From Cyanobacteria bacterium auto_48_18 (GTDB taxonomy: Bacteria > Cyanobacteriota > Vampirovibrionia > Obscuribacterales > Obscuribacteraceae), in assembly GCA_036170915.1 (NCBI GenBank), contig JAVHQC010000029.1, positions 294,950-358,949 on the forward strand: a stretch of 64,000 nt of DNA, given 5' to 3'. Shown here one piece after another: positions 38,948 to 48,629 of the stretch (positions are counted from its first letter, which is position 1; the number at the start of each line of letters is the position of its first letter). The notes under the pieces are model-generated. The model was not told where the DNA came from and searched no databases. It was given only the letters and a program-made list of their open reading frames with translations. The position numbers were made by a program, and so were the translations under genes.

Positions 38948-39102
38948 AATTCCACCCCTGTGAGCCAAAACTCGTTCACTTGAGCAGCATAGGGTCGAAT
39001 TTTGTCAAACTGCTGGCAGCGGCGCAAATCAATGGCGCAAAGGTACCGGCCGGGTTCTGCTAAAATAGAAACTCGTAAAAGCCTATTGAAAGGCACTTTC
39101 TA

Positions 39103-40956
39103 TTGAAGCTGTCCCGCAAAGTTGCATTGATCGTAGCCATTCCAGTAATAGCCGAACTGGTACTGGTGGCTGTGCTGTTGTATCAGCTTGATCGCGTCGA
39201 CAAAGCACGGGTAGAAGAAAGTTATTCACGAGAAATTCTCTCGCACGTTAATTCTGCCACGGGGCTGACGCTGCAGCGTTGCAATTTTGTCATCATCGCC
39301 AGCGGGCACCACACACCAGAAAATGAAGCGCGGCGCAAATCGCTTACCGCCGCCATCATCAAAGAAATAGGAATTATAAAAACTCTGGCTCAGCAAGGCA
39401 AAGGTACTGACCAAAAAACATGGCTCAAACTTGCTGAGCTAATCTCTAAAGTGCATTACGCCTTCCAAAGCGCAAAAAAAGACTTTGACGCAGGCAACAA
39501 ATTGAATGCAGCAATTGCCTGGTCTGACGTTCAAAATGACCTTGACGAATTTATGGCACTAACAGATCACATGGTTCGCAAGAATGAGTTACTCGACCAA
39601 GAAAAGCAAAACCGGTTGCTCAAAGACGATCAAATTTTGCATTTCATTCTCTACAGCTCTGTTTTAGTAAGCGTCGGTTTAGCTCTGGGTTTGACATACT
39701 TTTTCAATCGCAGCACCACCGATAGACTCAATTTGATTATGCAAAATACTCAAAGAATGAGCGTGGGAAAGCCGCCAATGGCTAGAGTTTTAGGTGATGA
39801 CGAGCTGGCACAAATCGACAAAGTCTATCACCGCATGTATCGCGATATCACCACAATGCGCCGCAAAGAAATGGCGATTTTAGAAAACGTGGCCGACATC
39901 GTTTGTTCTCTAGACAAACAACTGATTTTTTCTAGCATCAATGAAGCGGTCTGCTCAATGTGGCGCTTTGACCAGGAAGATATAGTCGGCAGAAGAGTTA
40001 TAGACCTGTTCGATCCATCAGAAAAAGCTGAAGCCAGGGCGAAATTATTGGAAGTGATCCAAGAGCAAGGCTCCAGTCGTTTTGATGTAAAAGTGTTGCG
40101 TGCTGACAATTCCATTTGCGAGACAGCCTGGTCGGCAACCTGGTCTGAAGAAGAGCAGCTGCTTTATTGCGTTGTGCAAGATGTAGGCGCACGCAAACAA
40201 CTAGAACAAATGAAGCGTGATTTTGTGGCGGTGGTGTCACACGATTTACGCACTCCCCTAACATCGATTCAGATGATTCACTCGATGTTAAAGGAAGATG
40301 CCGAAGGTGTGTTGCCACCACAGGCGATGAAAAATTTGAACAACGCACAAGACAATGTCAGTCGGTTGATGGCACTAATCAACAATTTGCTCGATTTAGA
40401 GAAGCTCGATGCCGGTTACGTTGAGCTGATTATGGAGCAGGCATCGCTAAAGCGCGCCATTGATGCATCAGTGGGTGCCGTTGAAGCCATTGCAAAAAAA
40501 CAAAAAATCCAACTGGTCAATCATCTTGACGACAAACTGGAAGCCTACATGGACTCAGAGCGGGTAACTCAGGTTGTTGTCAACCTGCTTTCCAACGCAC
40601 TTAAATTTTCTCCAGAGGGGTCAAGCATCGTGCTGAGCGCCAGCCCGGTCTCGGGCGACGCTCCAAACGGTAAAGGGGCCAAAGAGGGCATGATTCGCGT
40701 TCTTATCAGCGACCAGGGCCGAGGCATTCCGGCCCAAAAGGCCGAAAGCGTTTTCGAGCGCTTTAGCCAGGTCAAAAACGAAGACGGGCGCAGCAATCGG
40801 GGCAGCGGCTTGGGCCTGGCTATATGCAAAGCAATCATTGAGCAGCATGGAGGCGAGATTGGGGTAGAATCTGTGGAAGGTAAAGGCAGTACGTTCTGGT
40901 TCACCCTGGCATCCCACAGCAAATACTATCAAGCGCGGCCACTTAAACTTGGCTGA
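39103..40956 (+). CDS. Membrane HAMP-PAS sensor histidine kinase (intact)
   Basis: SHDLRTPL H-box (His 40240-42), NLLSNALKF, DQGRGI and GSGLGL. Confidence 0.95.
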   Translation: MKLSRKVALIVAIPVIAELVLVAVLLYQLDRVDKARVEESYSREILSHVNSATGLTLQRCNFVIIASGHHTPENEARRKSLTAAIIKEIGIIKTLAQQGKGTDQKTWLKLAELISKVHYAFQSAKKDFDAGNKLNAAIAWSDVQNDLDEFMALTDHMVRKNELLDQEKQNRLLKDDQILHFILYSSVLVSVGLALGLTYFFNRSTTDRLNLIMQNTQRMSVGKPPMARVLGDDELAQIDKVYHRMYRDITTMRRKEMAILENVADIVCSLDKQLIFSSINEAVCSMWRFDQEDIVGRRVIDLFDPSEKAEARAKLLEVIQEQGSSRFDVKVLRADNSICETAWSATWSEEEQLLYCVVQDVGARKQLEQMKRDFVAVVSHDLRTPLTSIQMIHSMLKEDAEGVLPPQAMKNLNNAQDNVSRLMALINNLLDLEKLDAGYVELIMEQASLKRAIDASVGAVEAIAKKQKIQLVNHLDDKLEAYMDSERVTQVVVNLLSNALKFSPEGSSIVLSASPVSGDAPNGKGAKEGMIRVLISDQGRGIPAQKAESVFERFSQVKNEDGRSNRGSGLGLAICKAIIEQHGGEIGVESVEGKGSTFWFTLASHSKYYQARPLKLG

Positions 40957-40992
40957 TTGAGTCTCCAGTAAATTGAATCTCCACTAAGGGGA

Positions 40993-41676
40993 ATGATGGC
41001 GAAAATTCTGATCGTTGAAGATGATGAACAACTGGCCGATCTAATCGTGCAGTGTCTCACCCGTGAAAATCACCTGGTCGAACACGTGAACAATGGCGCC
41101 GATGCCTTGAGCCAGGTCAAGCTATACATTTTTGATTTGATCATTCTTGATTGGAATTTACCAGAAGTCACAGGCCTGGGCATTCTCAAAGAATTCCGCA
41201 GCCGTGGTGGCATCACGCCGGTGCTATTTCTCACCGGACGTCGCGATTTGTCAGACAAACTGGAAGGCCTTGATGCTGGTGCCGATGATTATTTGACCAA
41301 GCCATTCGACAGTCGCGAACTAACTTCAAGAATTCGAGCGCTGTTGCGGCGGCCTCAAGTGCTTGTGGGTGATGTTCTAGAGGTGGGCAAGTTGCGCCTT
41401 GATCCTAAAGATTTTAAAGTCACTTTAGGCGATGAAGAAATTAAACTCGTGCCCAAAGAATTTGCCTTGCTTGAATTTTTGATGCGGCACCCTGGTGAAT
41501 TATTCGGTGTGGATAAATTACTTGATAGCGTCTGGCCATGCCAGTCTGATTCAACACGCGAAGCGCTGACCACTTGTATCAAACGTCTGCGCAAAAAGCT
41601 TGACGGCGACTCCGATACTTCTATGATTCGCAATGTGCATGGTGTCGGATATGGTTTGTTTGTAGATCAGAAATAG
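40993..41676 (+). CDS. OmpR-family response regulator
   Basis: ILIVEDD, LDWNLP, GADDYLTKPF and C-terminal wHTH IRNVHGVGY. Confidence 0.96.
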   Translation: MMAKILIVEDDEQLADLIVQCLTRENHLVEHVNNGADALSQVKLYIFDLIILDWNLPEVTGLGILKEFRSRGGITPVLFLTGRRDLSDKLEGLDAGADDYLTKPFDSRELTSRIRALLRRPQVLVGDVLEVGKLRLDPKDFKVTLGDEEIKLVPKEFALLEFLMRHPGELFGVDKLLDSVWPCQSDSTREALTTCIKRLRKKLDGDSDTSMIRNVHGVGYGLFVDQK

Positions 41677-41705
41677 AGTCTTAGATTCACTTTTTCCACC
41701 GACCA

Positions 41706-41879
41706 TCAATCTCGATTGGAAATTTCAATTTCATTGACTGGCGGATGTTCTTTCAAGCAGACGTGACAAACGTACGCACCCATATGAGGCAATATGCGTC
41801 TAGCACTCTCTGTCATGCGAAGACAAGCGAAACAGACGAAACGACCAAAGAGTATGCCTGTGCTGAATGAATCACTCAT
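41706..41879 (-). CDS. Putative 57-aa CxxC-x17-CxxC zinc-binding microprotein (not in ORF track)
   Basis: MSDSFSTGILFGRFVCFACLRMTESARRILPHMGAYVCHVCLKEHPPVNEIEISNRD*. No clear SD. Confidence 0.4.
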   Translation of the reverse strand: MSDSFSTGILFGRFVCFACLRMTESARRILPHMGAYVCHVCLKEHPPVNEIEISNRD

Positions 41880-41910
41880 ATATGTGCTGCTTGGGCTCTT
41901 GAATTTCGAA

Positions 41911-41969
41911 AAAAATGACCATTAAACATTGTAATTACGATGTTATTACAATGTTTAATGGTCATTTTT
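41911..41969. repeat. 25-bp perfect inverted repeat with 9-nt loop
   Basis: AAAAATGACCATTAAACATTGTAAT-tacgatgtt-ATTACAATGTTTAATGGTCATTTTT. Confidence 0.92.
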
Positions 41970-42027
41970 CGCAATTTCAATACCTGCGCACGATGCTAAA
42001 TCTCTAAACTCACTCTGGTCAGGATTT

Positions 42028-42690
42028 TCACTCATGCAGATAGCCCCAATCACCGATTGGTTCCACCCACCCACCATAAAGGTGGGAATAATCATGAGCC
42101 GGTGTATAGGAAAATTCATCCCAATTTAAAATTCCTAAAGGACAATATACCTTGAGCTCCCATTTAGCCCCCTTCACCAGCGCCCTCTCGTCATGCGCAT
42201 AACTATAGTCAGGGTATGCACCAATTCCGGTGCCCGGAACTTTGGCTAAATACATCGGCACCAAATCGTCAAGTTTATCTGGCGGAAAGCCCTTACTAGC
42301 TTCGTACTTAGAGATAGCCTGTATAAGCGGTTTTGATCGCTCAGCCAAGGCGGCAAAGCCGTCATGCCTAATTATCCTCGTGCTAATCAAACTAAAAAAT
42401 AATGCCCCGAAAAGGAGTAAGGACACTATTAACTGTTTAAACGCGGCCCCTCGCTTGGCAGGCTTGAGCAGACCCACTAGTGAAAGAAATGCCGCGATCA
42501 GAGCGCCAAATAATATAGGCATTGAGGCCATTGCCAAAGGTACATACAGTAACGAGCCGTAGCTGAAACCAAATGGTGACATCAAAAACCATTCGTAAAT
42601 GGGCCACGGCATAGAAACGGCGATTAAGAGATACACAAGGGCGAGTGGCTTCGTGCATCGATCTAGTAGCGTTGGAGAAAGGAGCAACAT
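42028..42690 (-). CDS. Hypothetical membrane protein
   Basis: Three TMs followed by LIQAISKYEASKGFPPDKLDDLVP (pseudopilin-like motif). Confidence 0.7.
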   Translation of the reverse strand: MLLLSPTLLDRCTKPLALVYLLIAVSMPWPIYEWFLMSPFGFSYGSLLYVPLAMASMPILFGALIAAFLSLVGLLKPAKRGAAFKQLIVSLLLFGALFFSLISTRIIRHDGFAALAERSKPLIQAISKYEASKGFPPDKLDDLVPMYLAKVPGTGIGAYPDYSYAHDERALVKGAKWELKVYCPLGILNWDEFSYTPAHDYSHLYGGWVEPIGDWGYLHE

Positions 42691-42708
42691 TGGTGGCGCC
42701 TCTTATAA

Positions 42709-43086
42709 CTAAACCGCTTCGCTAAAACAAATGCGATTGCCAAACGGATCTGTAAGAGTCATGTCGCGAGTTTTCCATGGCGTCTTTTCAATTCCTGGCC
42801 GCATATACTTATATTTTTTATCGATCAGCTCACGGTGCAATTGTTCGAGATTTTTAGTCGCAACATTTACAGCCGATCCAGGGCAAGCATCGCCATGATG
42901 TTCGCTCAGACGCAAAACTAAATCGCCGCGTCGCACTTGCATAAAGAGCGGCATGTTGTCGTCGAAACGATGCTCCCACTCAAGAGTGAAGCCGAGAAAA
43001 TCGAGATAAAATTCTCGCGCCTTTTCTTCCGAGAAGATTCGCAATACAGGAATTACCTGACCAAATGAGATTGAGGTATCACCCAC
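42709..43086 (-). CDS. VOC / glyoxalase / bleomycin-resistance family protein
   Basis: IPVLRIF..FYLDFLGF..LSEHHGD..PW..DPFGNRI. Confidence 0.92.
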   Translation of the reverse strand: MGDTSISFGQVIPVLRIFSEEKAREFYLDFLGFTLEWEHRFDDNMPLFMQVRRGDLVLRLSEHHGDACPGSAVNVATKNLEQLHRELIDKKYKYMRPGIEKTPWKTRDMTLTDPFGNRICFSEAV

Positions 43087-43141
43087 GCGATCATCCCGCC
43101 CAACTTAGTTGGGCCTTAAATATTAAATGGAAACTGTAGAG

Positions 43142-43243
43142 TTAACGGCCAGCTTTCTTCTCAGTTTTTACGGCTTTCTTCTCTTTCATTGTCTTAGAGG
43201 CCTTCTTTTTGGTCTCTTTCTTTTTGACTTGTTCTTTTCCCAT
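43142..43243 (-). CDS. 33-aa Lys-rich basic peptide (not in ORF track)
   Basis: MGKEQVKKKETKKKASKTMKEKKAVKTEKKAGR*, with GGAGG 5 nt upstream of ATG. Confidence 0.7.
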   Translation of the reverse strand: MGKEQVKKKETKKKASKTMKEKKAVKTEKKAGR

Positions 43244-43401
43244 GGTTGCCTCCAGGCGAACGTCACTACAGATTTTTATGTTACAGCAAGGCTGGGTTAT
43301 CGACCAAGCTATAGCAAAATGGTAAAAACTCTACGTAAACTTATCATGTGCACTATAAAGGTATACCCTCGTTAGGGCGTAAATCATTTCAGGAGTTACA
43401 G

Positions 43402-44043
43402 ATGTCAATAAAATCAATCTGCGGAGCGCTAGCTCTTGTCAGCATGGTATCAGCCAACCAGGCCTGGGCCGCCCCTGCCACAAAAAAAGCGGCGCCAGCT
43501 CCAGCGGCAGCAGCATCAACTGTCTGGAAAATTGATACACCACACAGCGATGTCAGTTTCAAAATTCGCCACTTAATGGTCTCAAACGTTAAAGGGCATT
43601 TTTCAAAAGTCAGCGGCACCATCGACTATGACGGCAAAGACGTGAAGAGCGTCAAGATTGACGCCGAAATCGATGTCGACTCCATCGACACCGGTGATAA
43701 AGGTCGCGATGAACACCTGAAGAATGCTGATTTCTTCGACGCTCCCAAATATCCAAAAATTACTTTCAAATCTACCAGCGTTAAAGGCGCCGGCAAGGGC
43801 AAATTCACAGTCGTTGGCGACTTGTCTATGCACGGTGTCACCAAAGCTGTAACACTAGACGTGGAAGGCCCGGCTGAGGCCATTAAAGATCCAAAGGGCA
43901 TCACCAGAACTGGTGCCACCGCTACGGCCAAAATCAAACGCAAAGATTTTGGCATCTCATGGAACAAAAACATGGACGGCGGTGGCGTAATGTTGGGTGA
44001 AGAAGTGCCGGTGACAATCGAAATTGAAGCCGCCAAACAATAA
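43402..44043 (+). CDS. yceI: YceI family lipid/polyisoprenoid-binding periplasmic protein
   Basis: Signal peptide, WKIDTPHS, RDEHLKNADFFD and HGVTK motifs. AGGAG SD. Confidence 0.93.
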   Translation: MSIKSICGALALVSMVSANQAWAAPATKKAAPAPAAAASTVWKIDTPHSDVSFKIRHLMVSNVKGHFSKVSGTIDYDGKDVKSVKIDAEIDVDSIDTGDKGRDEHLKNADFFDAPKYPKITFKSTSVKGAGKGKFTVVGDLSMHGVTKAVTLDVEGPAEAIKDPKGITRTGATATAKIKRKDFGISWNKNMDGGGVMLGEEVPVTIEIEAAKQ

Positions 44044-45120
44044 ATGAAGCGAGCGACAATCACTGTAGCTCTACTAGCCCTATTGGGCCCCGTTGTTCTA
44101 GACAGCGGGGCCCTGGCCGCACCAGACCAGAGTTTGCGGCAGGCCATTGAAGCCTACAACAAGGCTGATTATCAACGTTGCACAACTCTACTGGAAGGTG
44201 CCTGTGCAGACGGGCTTTCACGCGACGCCACCGCCCACTATTACCTGGCCAATTCTCTAATTAAGCTCAAGCGCGGTAGAGAAGCTCGTGCCCATTATGA
44301 AATTACAGCCGCTCTAGCACCAAATACGGCACTAGCAAATTATGCCAACTCTGGCCTGGCAAGCCTGAATGGAGCAGCTAGAAATACCGAGGTTCCAGCA
44401 AGAAAATCAGCTGCCCCCGCCGTCAATGACGCAGTGGCGGCTGAAGAAGAGAAGAAGAAGCAGCAAGAGGAAGCTCTTTATCCTACTGCTGTTCCGAAAG
44501 ACTTTAATCCTGCATCTATCGACAAAACTCTCGTTGAAGTAAAAAGAACCACTGCCGATACTAATTTTGCTCTGTCGCAAGTCGATCGCGCTTTAAAAAT
44601 CGTGCCGAAAAAAATCCGCGATGAATTAAAAGATTTTGGCGTCAAAGTGATGGTCACACCCGGAATGGTAGAAGCCGATCCCGATCTAGCTATGGAAAGG
44701 CCGCGTGGCTACGTTCACGGAGGCGGCTATACAAATTGTCCGGCCATGTACCGCGGCAATTCAAAACTAATTTTGATATCTGAAAGAGTTTCATGGAAGA
44801 GCAGCGTGCCCAGGCAGAATCCCGAAATTTGCGCATCGATGCTGCACGAAATGGGTCACGCATTCGACCACTGCCGCCGTAATCTTTCGCAGAACCCGGT
44901 CTATACCAGAAATTATACTGAAGATCTGCAGTGTCTCACCAATACGCAAAAAAACACATTCCCCTATTACACTCAGGGCGACGGCGCCGGTGAATCTGAA
45001 TTGTTTGCCGAACTTTTCTCGTTTGCGGCTGATCCACGCCTGCTGACAGTGCCTTACAATGCCAGCCTGGCGAAAACTTTTCCAAAAACATTCAAGTACA
45101 TAACCAATGTCATTAAGTGA
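44044..45120 (+). CDS. Secreted TPR plus zinc metallopeptidase (ATLF/Zmp1-like)
   Basis: Signal, TPR (AHYYLANSL), LHEMGHAFD, ELFAELF and C-terminal FPKTFKY. Confidence 0.75.
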   Translation: MKRATITVALLALLGPVVLDSGALAAPDQSLRQAIEAYNKADYQRCTTLLEGACADGLSRDATAHYYLANSLIKLKRGREARAHYEITAALAPNTALANYANSGLASLNGAARNTEVPARKSAAPAVNDAVAAEEEKKKQQEEALYPTAVPKDFNPASIDKTLVEVKRTTADTNFALSQVDRALKIVPKKIRDELKDFGVKVMVTPGMVEADPDLAMERPRGYVHGGGYTNCPAMYRGNSKLILISERVSWKSSVPRQNPEICASMLHEMGHAFDHCRRNLSQNPVYTRNYTEDLQCLTNTQKNTFPYYTQGDGAGESELFAELFSFAADPRLLTVPYNASLAKTFPKTFKYITNVIK

Positions 45121-45775
45121 AAAACTGCCAGTCGAAATTCTTCAAAGTCTCGTGGAGAAAATCACGAGCCTTGGCAAAGATCAACGTTATTTGCTTGGCA
45201 TAACCGGCTTTCCAGCATCAGGCAAAAGCACACTAAGTTTGGAACTGGCTCAAACAATCAATCAAAAAATGCAAAGTGAAGTGGCAATAGTAGTGCCAAT
45301 GGATGGTTTTCATCGCCTCAATGCTGAGCTCAAGGCCTGGGATCTGTGGGAGCTTAAGGGCATTCCTGACAGTTTCAATGCTGAAGCATTTATCGAGTTA
45401 TTGAAAGCTTTGCGCGAACAAACTGCCACCACGATTGGTTGCCCTGCCTTTGACCGTGCCACCGAAGAACCAGCCGACAACGCCATTCGCGTTCTGCCTC
45501 AACATAAGCTATTAATTGTCGAAGGCAACTATCTATTGCTGGCCAGTAATCCGTGGCAGAACGTCAAGCCGCTGCTAGACGAGGTCTGGTACATCGAAAG
45601 CACCTTGACCGAAATCAAACCAAGGTTGCTCGAAAGGCATACGAAAGGTGGGCGTTCACCTGATCAGGCCAAAGAGAAAATGAATTCCACCGACCTGCCC
45701 AATGCCAAATTAATCAAGACGACAAGACCCATGGCCGACCAGATCATCAGACTGGGGCGGGGAAATTCCCACTGA
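45107..45775 (+). CDS. Nucleoside/pantothenate-kinase-like P-loop protein (YggC/FrcK-like)
   Basis: GFPASGKST, VPMDGFH, KGIPDSF and VEGNYLLL motifs. Confidence 0.88.
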   Translation: MSLSEKLPVEILQSLVEKITSLGKDQRYLLGITGFPASGKSTLSLELAQTINQKMQSEVAIVVPMDGFHRLNAELKAWDLWELKGIPDSFNAEAFIELLKALREQTATTIGCPAFDRATEEPADNAIRVLPQHKLLIVEGNYLLLASNPWQNVKPLLDEVWYIESTLTEIKPRLLERHTKGGRSPDQAKEKMNSTDLPNAKLIKTTRPMADQIIRLGRGNSH

Positions 45776-45843
45776 GCTCGAGAAATAATTATATATTTTC
45801 CGACACTGCGGTTAATATATAACCGTCATGGCGGAGACATTGA

Positions 45844-46497
45844 ATGAGTCAAAATAACGGCGGTGGCGGTCTTCCCGGCCACCACCCTGATCAATCACCT
45901 AGTTGGAGCAGTGCGTTACAAGGCGCGAAAAACAATAAGCCAATTACTTCATTACCGAATCCTACAATTGTTCCCATCATTGGGGCGCTTGTGGTTTTTC
46001 TGATTATGCTATTGCCATTCATTATCAATTGGGGTGACGGCGGCATCGAATTGCCGTGGGTCACGCAAAGACGCGTCGATGCAGAAAGAGAAGCCCAGGC
46101 TGTCGGTCGCGACAATGTGGGCCAAATCATCGCACCGGCGGCAGAAAGTGCTGCACTACCGGATGGCATGCCCACCAACCGACCACAAGCCAGCTTTGAT
46201 CAGCAACTAATGTATGCCTCACAACAAGGGTTCGGCTCAAAGCCCCGTGCATCAGTAGCGCAAAATTACCCCCAGTCAAATTTTGCACAAAACAACTCTG
46301 CGCAAGACAGCCCTGCACAAAACACCTATGCGCAGAACACTTACGCTCAGCCAAATTATCCCCAAAGCAATTACAGTCAGCCTACTTATGGCCAGCCTGG
46401 TTTTGCTCAGCCCAACATGGCCCAGTATGGCGGCGGCAACTATGCGTCAGCGGGCGCGCAACCAGCCGCCAGGCACCGCGTTTTCGCCGAGCGCTAG
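45844..46497 (+). CDS. Single-TM protein with Q-x4 pentapeptide low-complexity tail
   Basis: One TM and ten Qxxxx repeats at 46273-46422. GGAG SD. Confidence 0.75.
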   Translation: MSQNNGGGGLPGHHPDQSPSWSSALQGAKNNKPITSLPNPTIVPIIGALVVFLIMLLPFIINWGDGGIELPWVTQRRVDAEREAQAVGRDNVGQIIAPAAESAALPDGMPTNRPQASFDQQLMYASQQGFGSKPRASVAQNYPQSNFAQNNSAQDSPAQNTYAQNTYAQPNYPQSNYSQPTYGQPGFAQPNMAQYGGGNYASAGAQPAARHRVFAER

Positions 46498-46574
46498 GCT
46501 TTCGTCAGCTGCGCTGTGACTCTCGGCCAAGCGGGTATACCTTAGGTATCCGATGAAAAGGTCGAGCTATAAAA

Positions 46575-48629
46575 ATGTCGACGTCAAAGCGGCCGCCAAG
46601 ACTTTATGCAATCGGCTTGCATCGCCCGTTTACGAGGCGACTTCTTAAGCTTCTCGTACTGCCACTGCCAATTTATCTTTTGTATCTAGCATTACCTCTA
46701 GAGCTGCCACTCGACTGGCGATATTACATGCTCTACAAGGTGCTGCCCTGGCTTTATGCCGGCTTATGTATCGCATTAGTTAGTAAAAAACTCTATGTCA
46801 GCAACAACCATTTTCGCTTTGCTCTCGGTCCGCAATACGATAGCGCAAACCTGCTTGAAGTAGACACCACGGGTAGTGACTCAAAAGCAGATAAAGTAGT
46901 GCTGCTTTTTAAGAAAGGAGAAAGAGTAAAACAAGAAACCATCAGCCTTTCAAATTTAAAAATTGAAAATAGACTGCGCTTGCTGCGGGCGATTGAGCAG
47001 AATGCTCCCCATGCCAAAATTTCGACATCTGCCCGCAATGCACTCAATAATCAATTTGCAAACAAGATACTAACTCTAAGCGGCAGAACACATTTAGTCT
47101 ACGATACTCGTCCATTGCTCGGCCAATTCGTTCAAATGTTGGCCGGTTATCAAAATTATTTCTGGCTGGCATGGATCTGTACTTGCTCGCTGCTGGTAGG
47201 TTTTGCATATTTCATGCTGCGCATGCAGCATTACACAGATAATCCACTTGGCCATCAAATTAGAACAATTACAGGTCCCCTTATCAGTGCCTTTTTTAAA
47301 ATGCTGCTGTCTACCGGTGATGTGGCTGTTGCCGGAGCAACTCACGCTAACGGTTTGCTTGGCTTGATTGCGATCACGATCTTAGGAGCAGTGGCTCTGC
47401 CTTACTGTTTAGGCGCAAACAGATTGACTATCACCGATAACGGCTTGAGCTTAGAGCTGGCGGCTATGGGCCTAAAGAAACAACTGGGGCAAATCAAATG
47501 GTCAGAAATTGACAAGATCAATTTGTCGCAGAAGACAGGTAGCCGTGACAAGCAACAAAATCTTGTGAAAATTGAAAGCGCCTCAGGGCATAGTTTCTCA
47601 ATCGATCTTCAAGCGCTGGGCAGTTCATCACAAAGAGGAGTTCTGGCTCAAGCAATAGAAAAATATGCGCCGCATGTGGCCATAGATTCAAACGCCATTG
47701 CCATGCTCAGGCCGCCAACAGAATCAAGTTTTACGGACATCTGGCTATCAGGAATTACCAGGGCGCCGCATTCAGAGGCGCTGGTGCCGCTTGTGGCGGG
47801 CGACACAATTAAAGACGGACACTACAAAATTATTGACCGCTTTATGCTCGGCGGGCAGAGCACAGTTTATCTCGCCTCATACTCTAACGGCAGCGACGCA
47901 GAAAATCTCGATCTAAAAAATGTCGACCTAAAAAGTGTCAATTTGATTGTCAAAGAATCAATCCTTCCCACATTCAATGACATTGACAAAAATCTCGCGC
48001 AGTATGCGAAGTACAAGGCCGAAGCTGATTTTCTAGCTAATCTCAACCACCCTGGTCTGGTGAAAGTAATCGATTCATTTGTAGAAGGCAGCCGCGGCTT
48101 TCTGGTGATGGAAAGAGTACACGGCGAGAGCCTTAAGAGTCTCGTGCAAAAAAACGGATATTTCAGTGAAGAAGCAGTCAGAGATTTTGCCTTGCAAATG
48201 TGTGAAATTCTCGGCTATTTGCACGGGCAAAAGGTGATACACCGCGATTTCACACCAGACAATCTAATGCTCGATGACCATGGCAAAATCAAACTTATAG
48301 ATTTTGGCGTAGCACAAAATACAACTGAGCATGTTACCTCAGCTGTTGTGGGCAAGCATGCATATATGCCGCCGGAGCAGTTTCGTGGGCAGGCCACTGA
48401 ACGCAGTGACCTTTACGCCATGGGAGCGACACTATTCTATTTACTTTCAGCTAATGAACCCACGCCGCTTTCCAAGTTACAGCTTGATACTACTATTGGT
48501 GGCAACGTAGTATTGCGCAGCAAACTTGCTGAGCTTATTAGCTCTCTGACAGAATTTGAAGAACAAAAACGTCCTGAGAGCGCATCTGAGGTGGGTCGCG
48601 CCCTTTTACAGGTAATTGAACTTGGCTAA
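46575..48629 (+). CDS. Membrane Hanks-type Ser/Thr protein kinase
   Basis: TMs and PH-like segments, then GGQSTVY, VKE, HRDFTPDN, DFG and YMPPE. Confidence 0.92.
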   Translation: MSTSKRPPRLYAIGLHRPFTRRLLKLLVLPLPIYLLYLALPLELPLDWRYYMLYKVLPWLYAGLCIALVSKKLYVSNNHFRFALGPQYDSANLLEVDTTGSDSKADKVVLLFKKGERVKQETISLSNLKIENRLRLLRAIEQNAPHAKISTSARNALNNQFANKILTLSGRTHLVYDTRPLLGQFVQMLAGYQNYFWLAWICTCSLLVGFAYFMLRMQHYTDNPLGHQIRTITGPLISAFFKMLLSTGDVAVAGATHANGLLGLIAITILGAVALPYCLGANRLTITDNGLSLELAAMGLKKQLGQIKWSEIDKINLSQKTGSRDKQQNLVKIESASGHSFSIDLQALGSSSQRGVLAQAIEKYAPHVAIDSNAIAMLRPPTESSFTDIWLSGITRAPHSEALVPLVAGDTIKDGHYKIIDRFMLGGQSTVYLASYSNGSDAENLDLKNVDLKSVNLIVKESILPTFNDIDKNLAQYAKYKAEADFLANLNHPGLVKVIDSFVEGSRGFLVMERVHGESLKSLVQKNGYFSEEAVRDFALQMCEILGYLHGQKVIHRDFTPDNLMLDDHGKIKLIDFGVAQNTTEHVTSAVVGKHAYMPPEQFRGQATERSDLYAMGATLFYLLSANEPTPLSKLQLDTTIGGNVVLRSKLAELISSLTEFEEQKRPESASEVGRALLQVIELG

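Noticed and set aside
43127..43375. 82-aa + strand Phe/Leu-rich ORF
   Set aside because: It is the antisense shadow of the Lys-rich peptide gene, which has the SD.
46273..46422. CRISPR-like array
   Set aside because: The 15-nt period is coding and degenerate, with no repeat-spacer structure and no cas genes.
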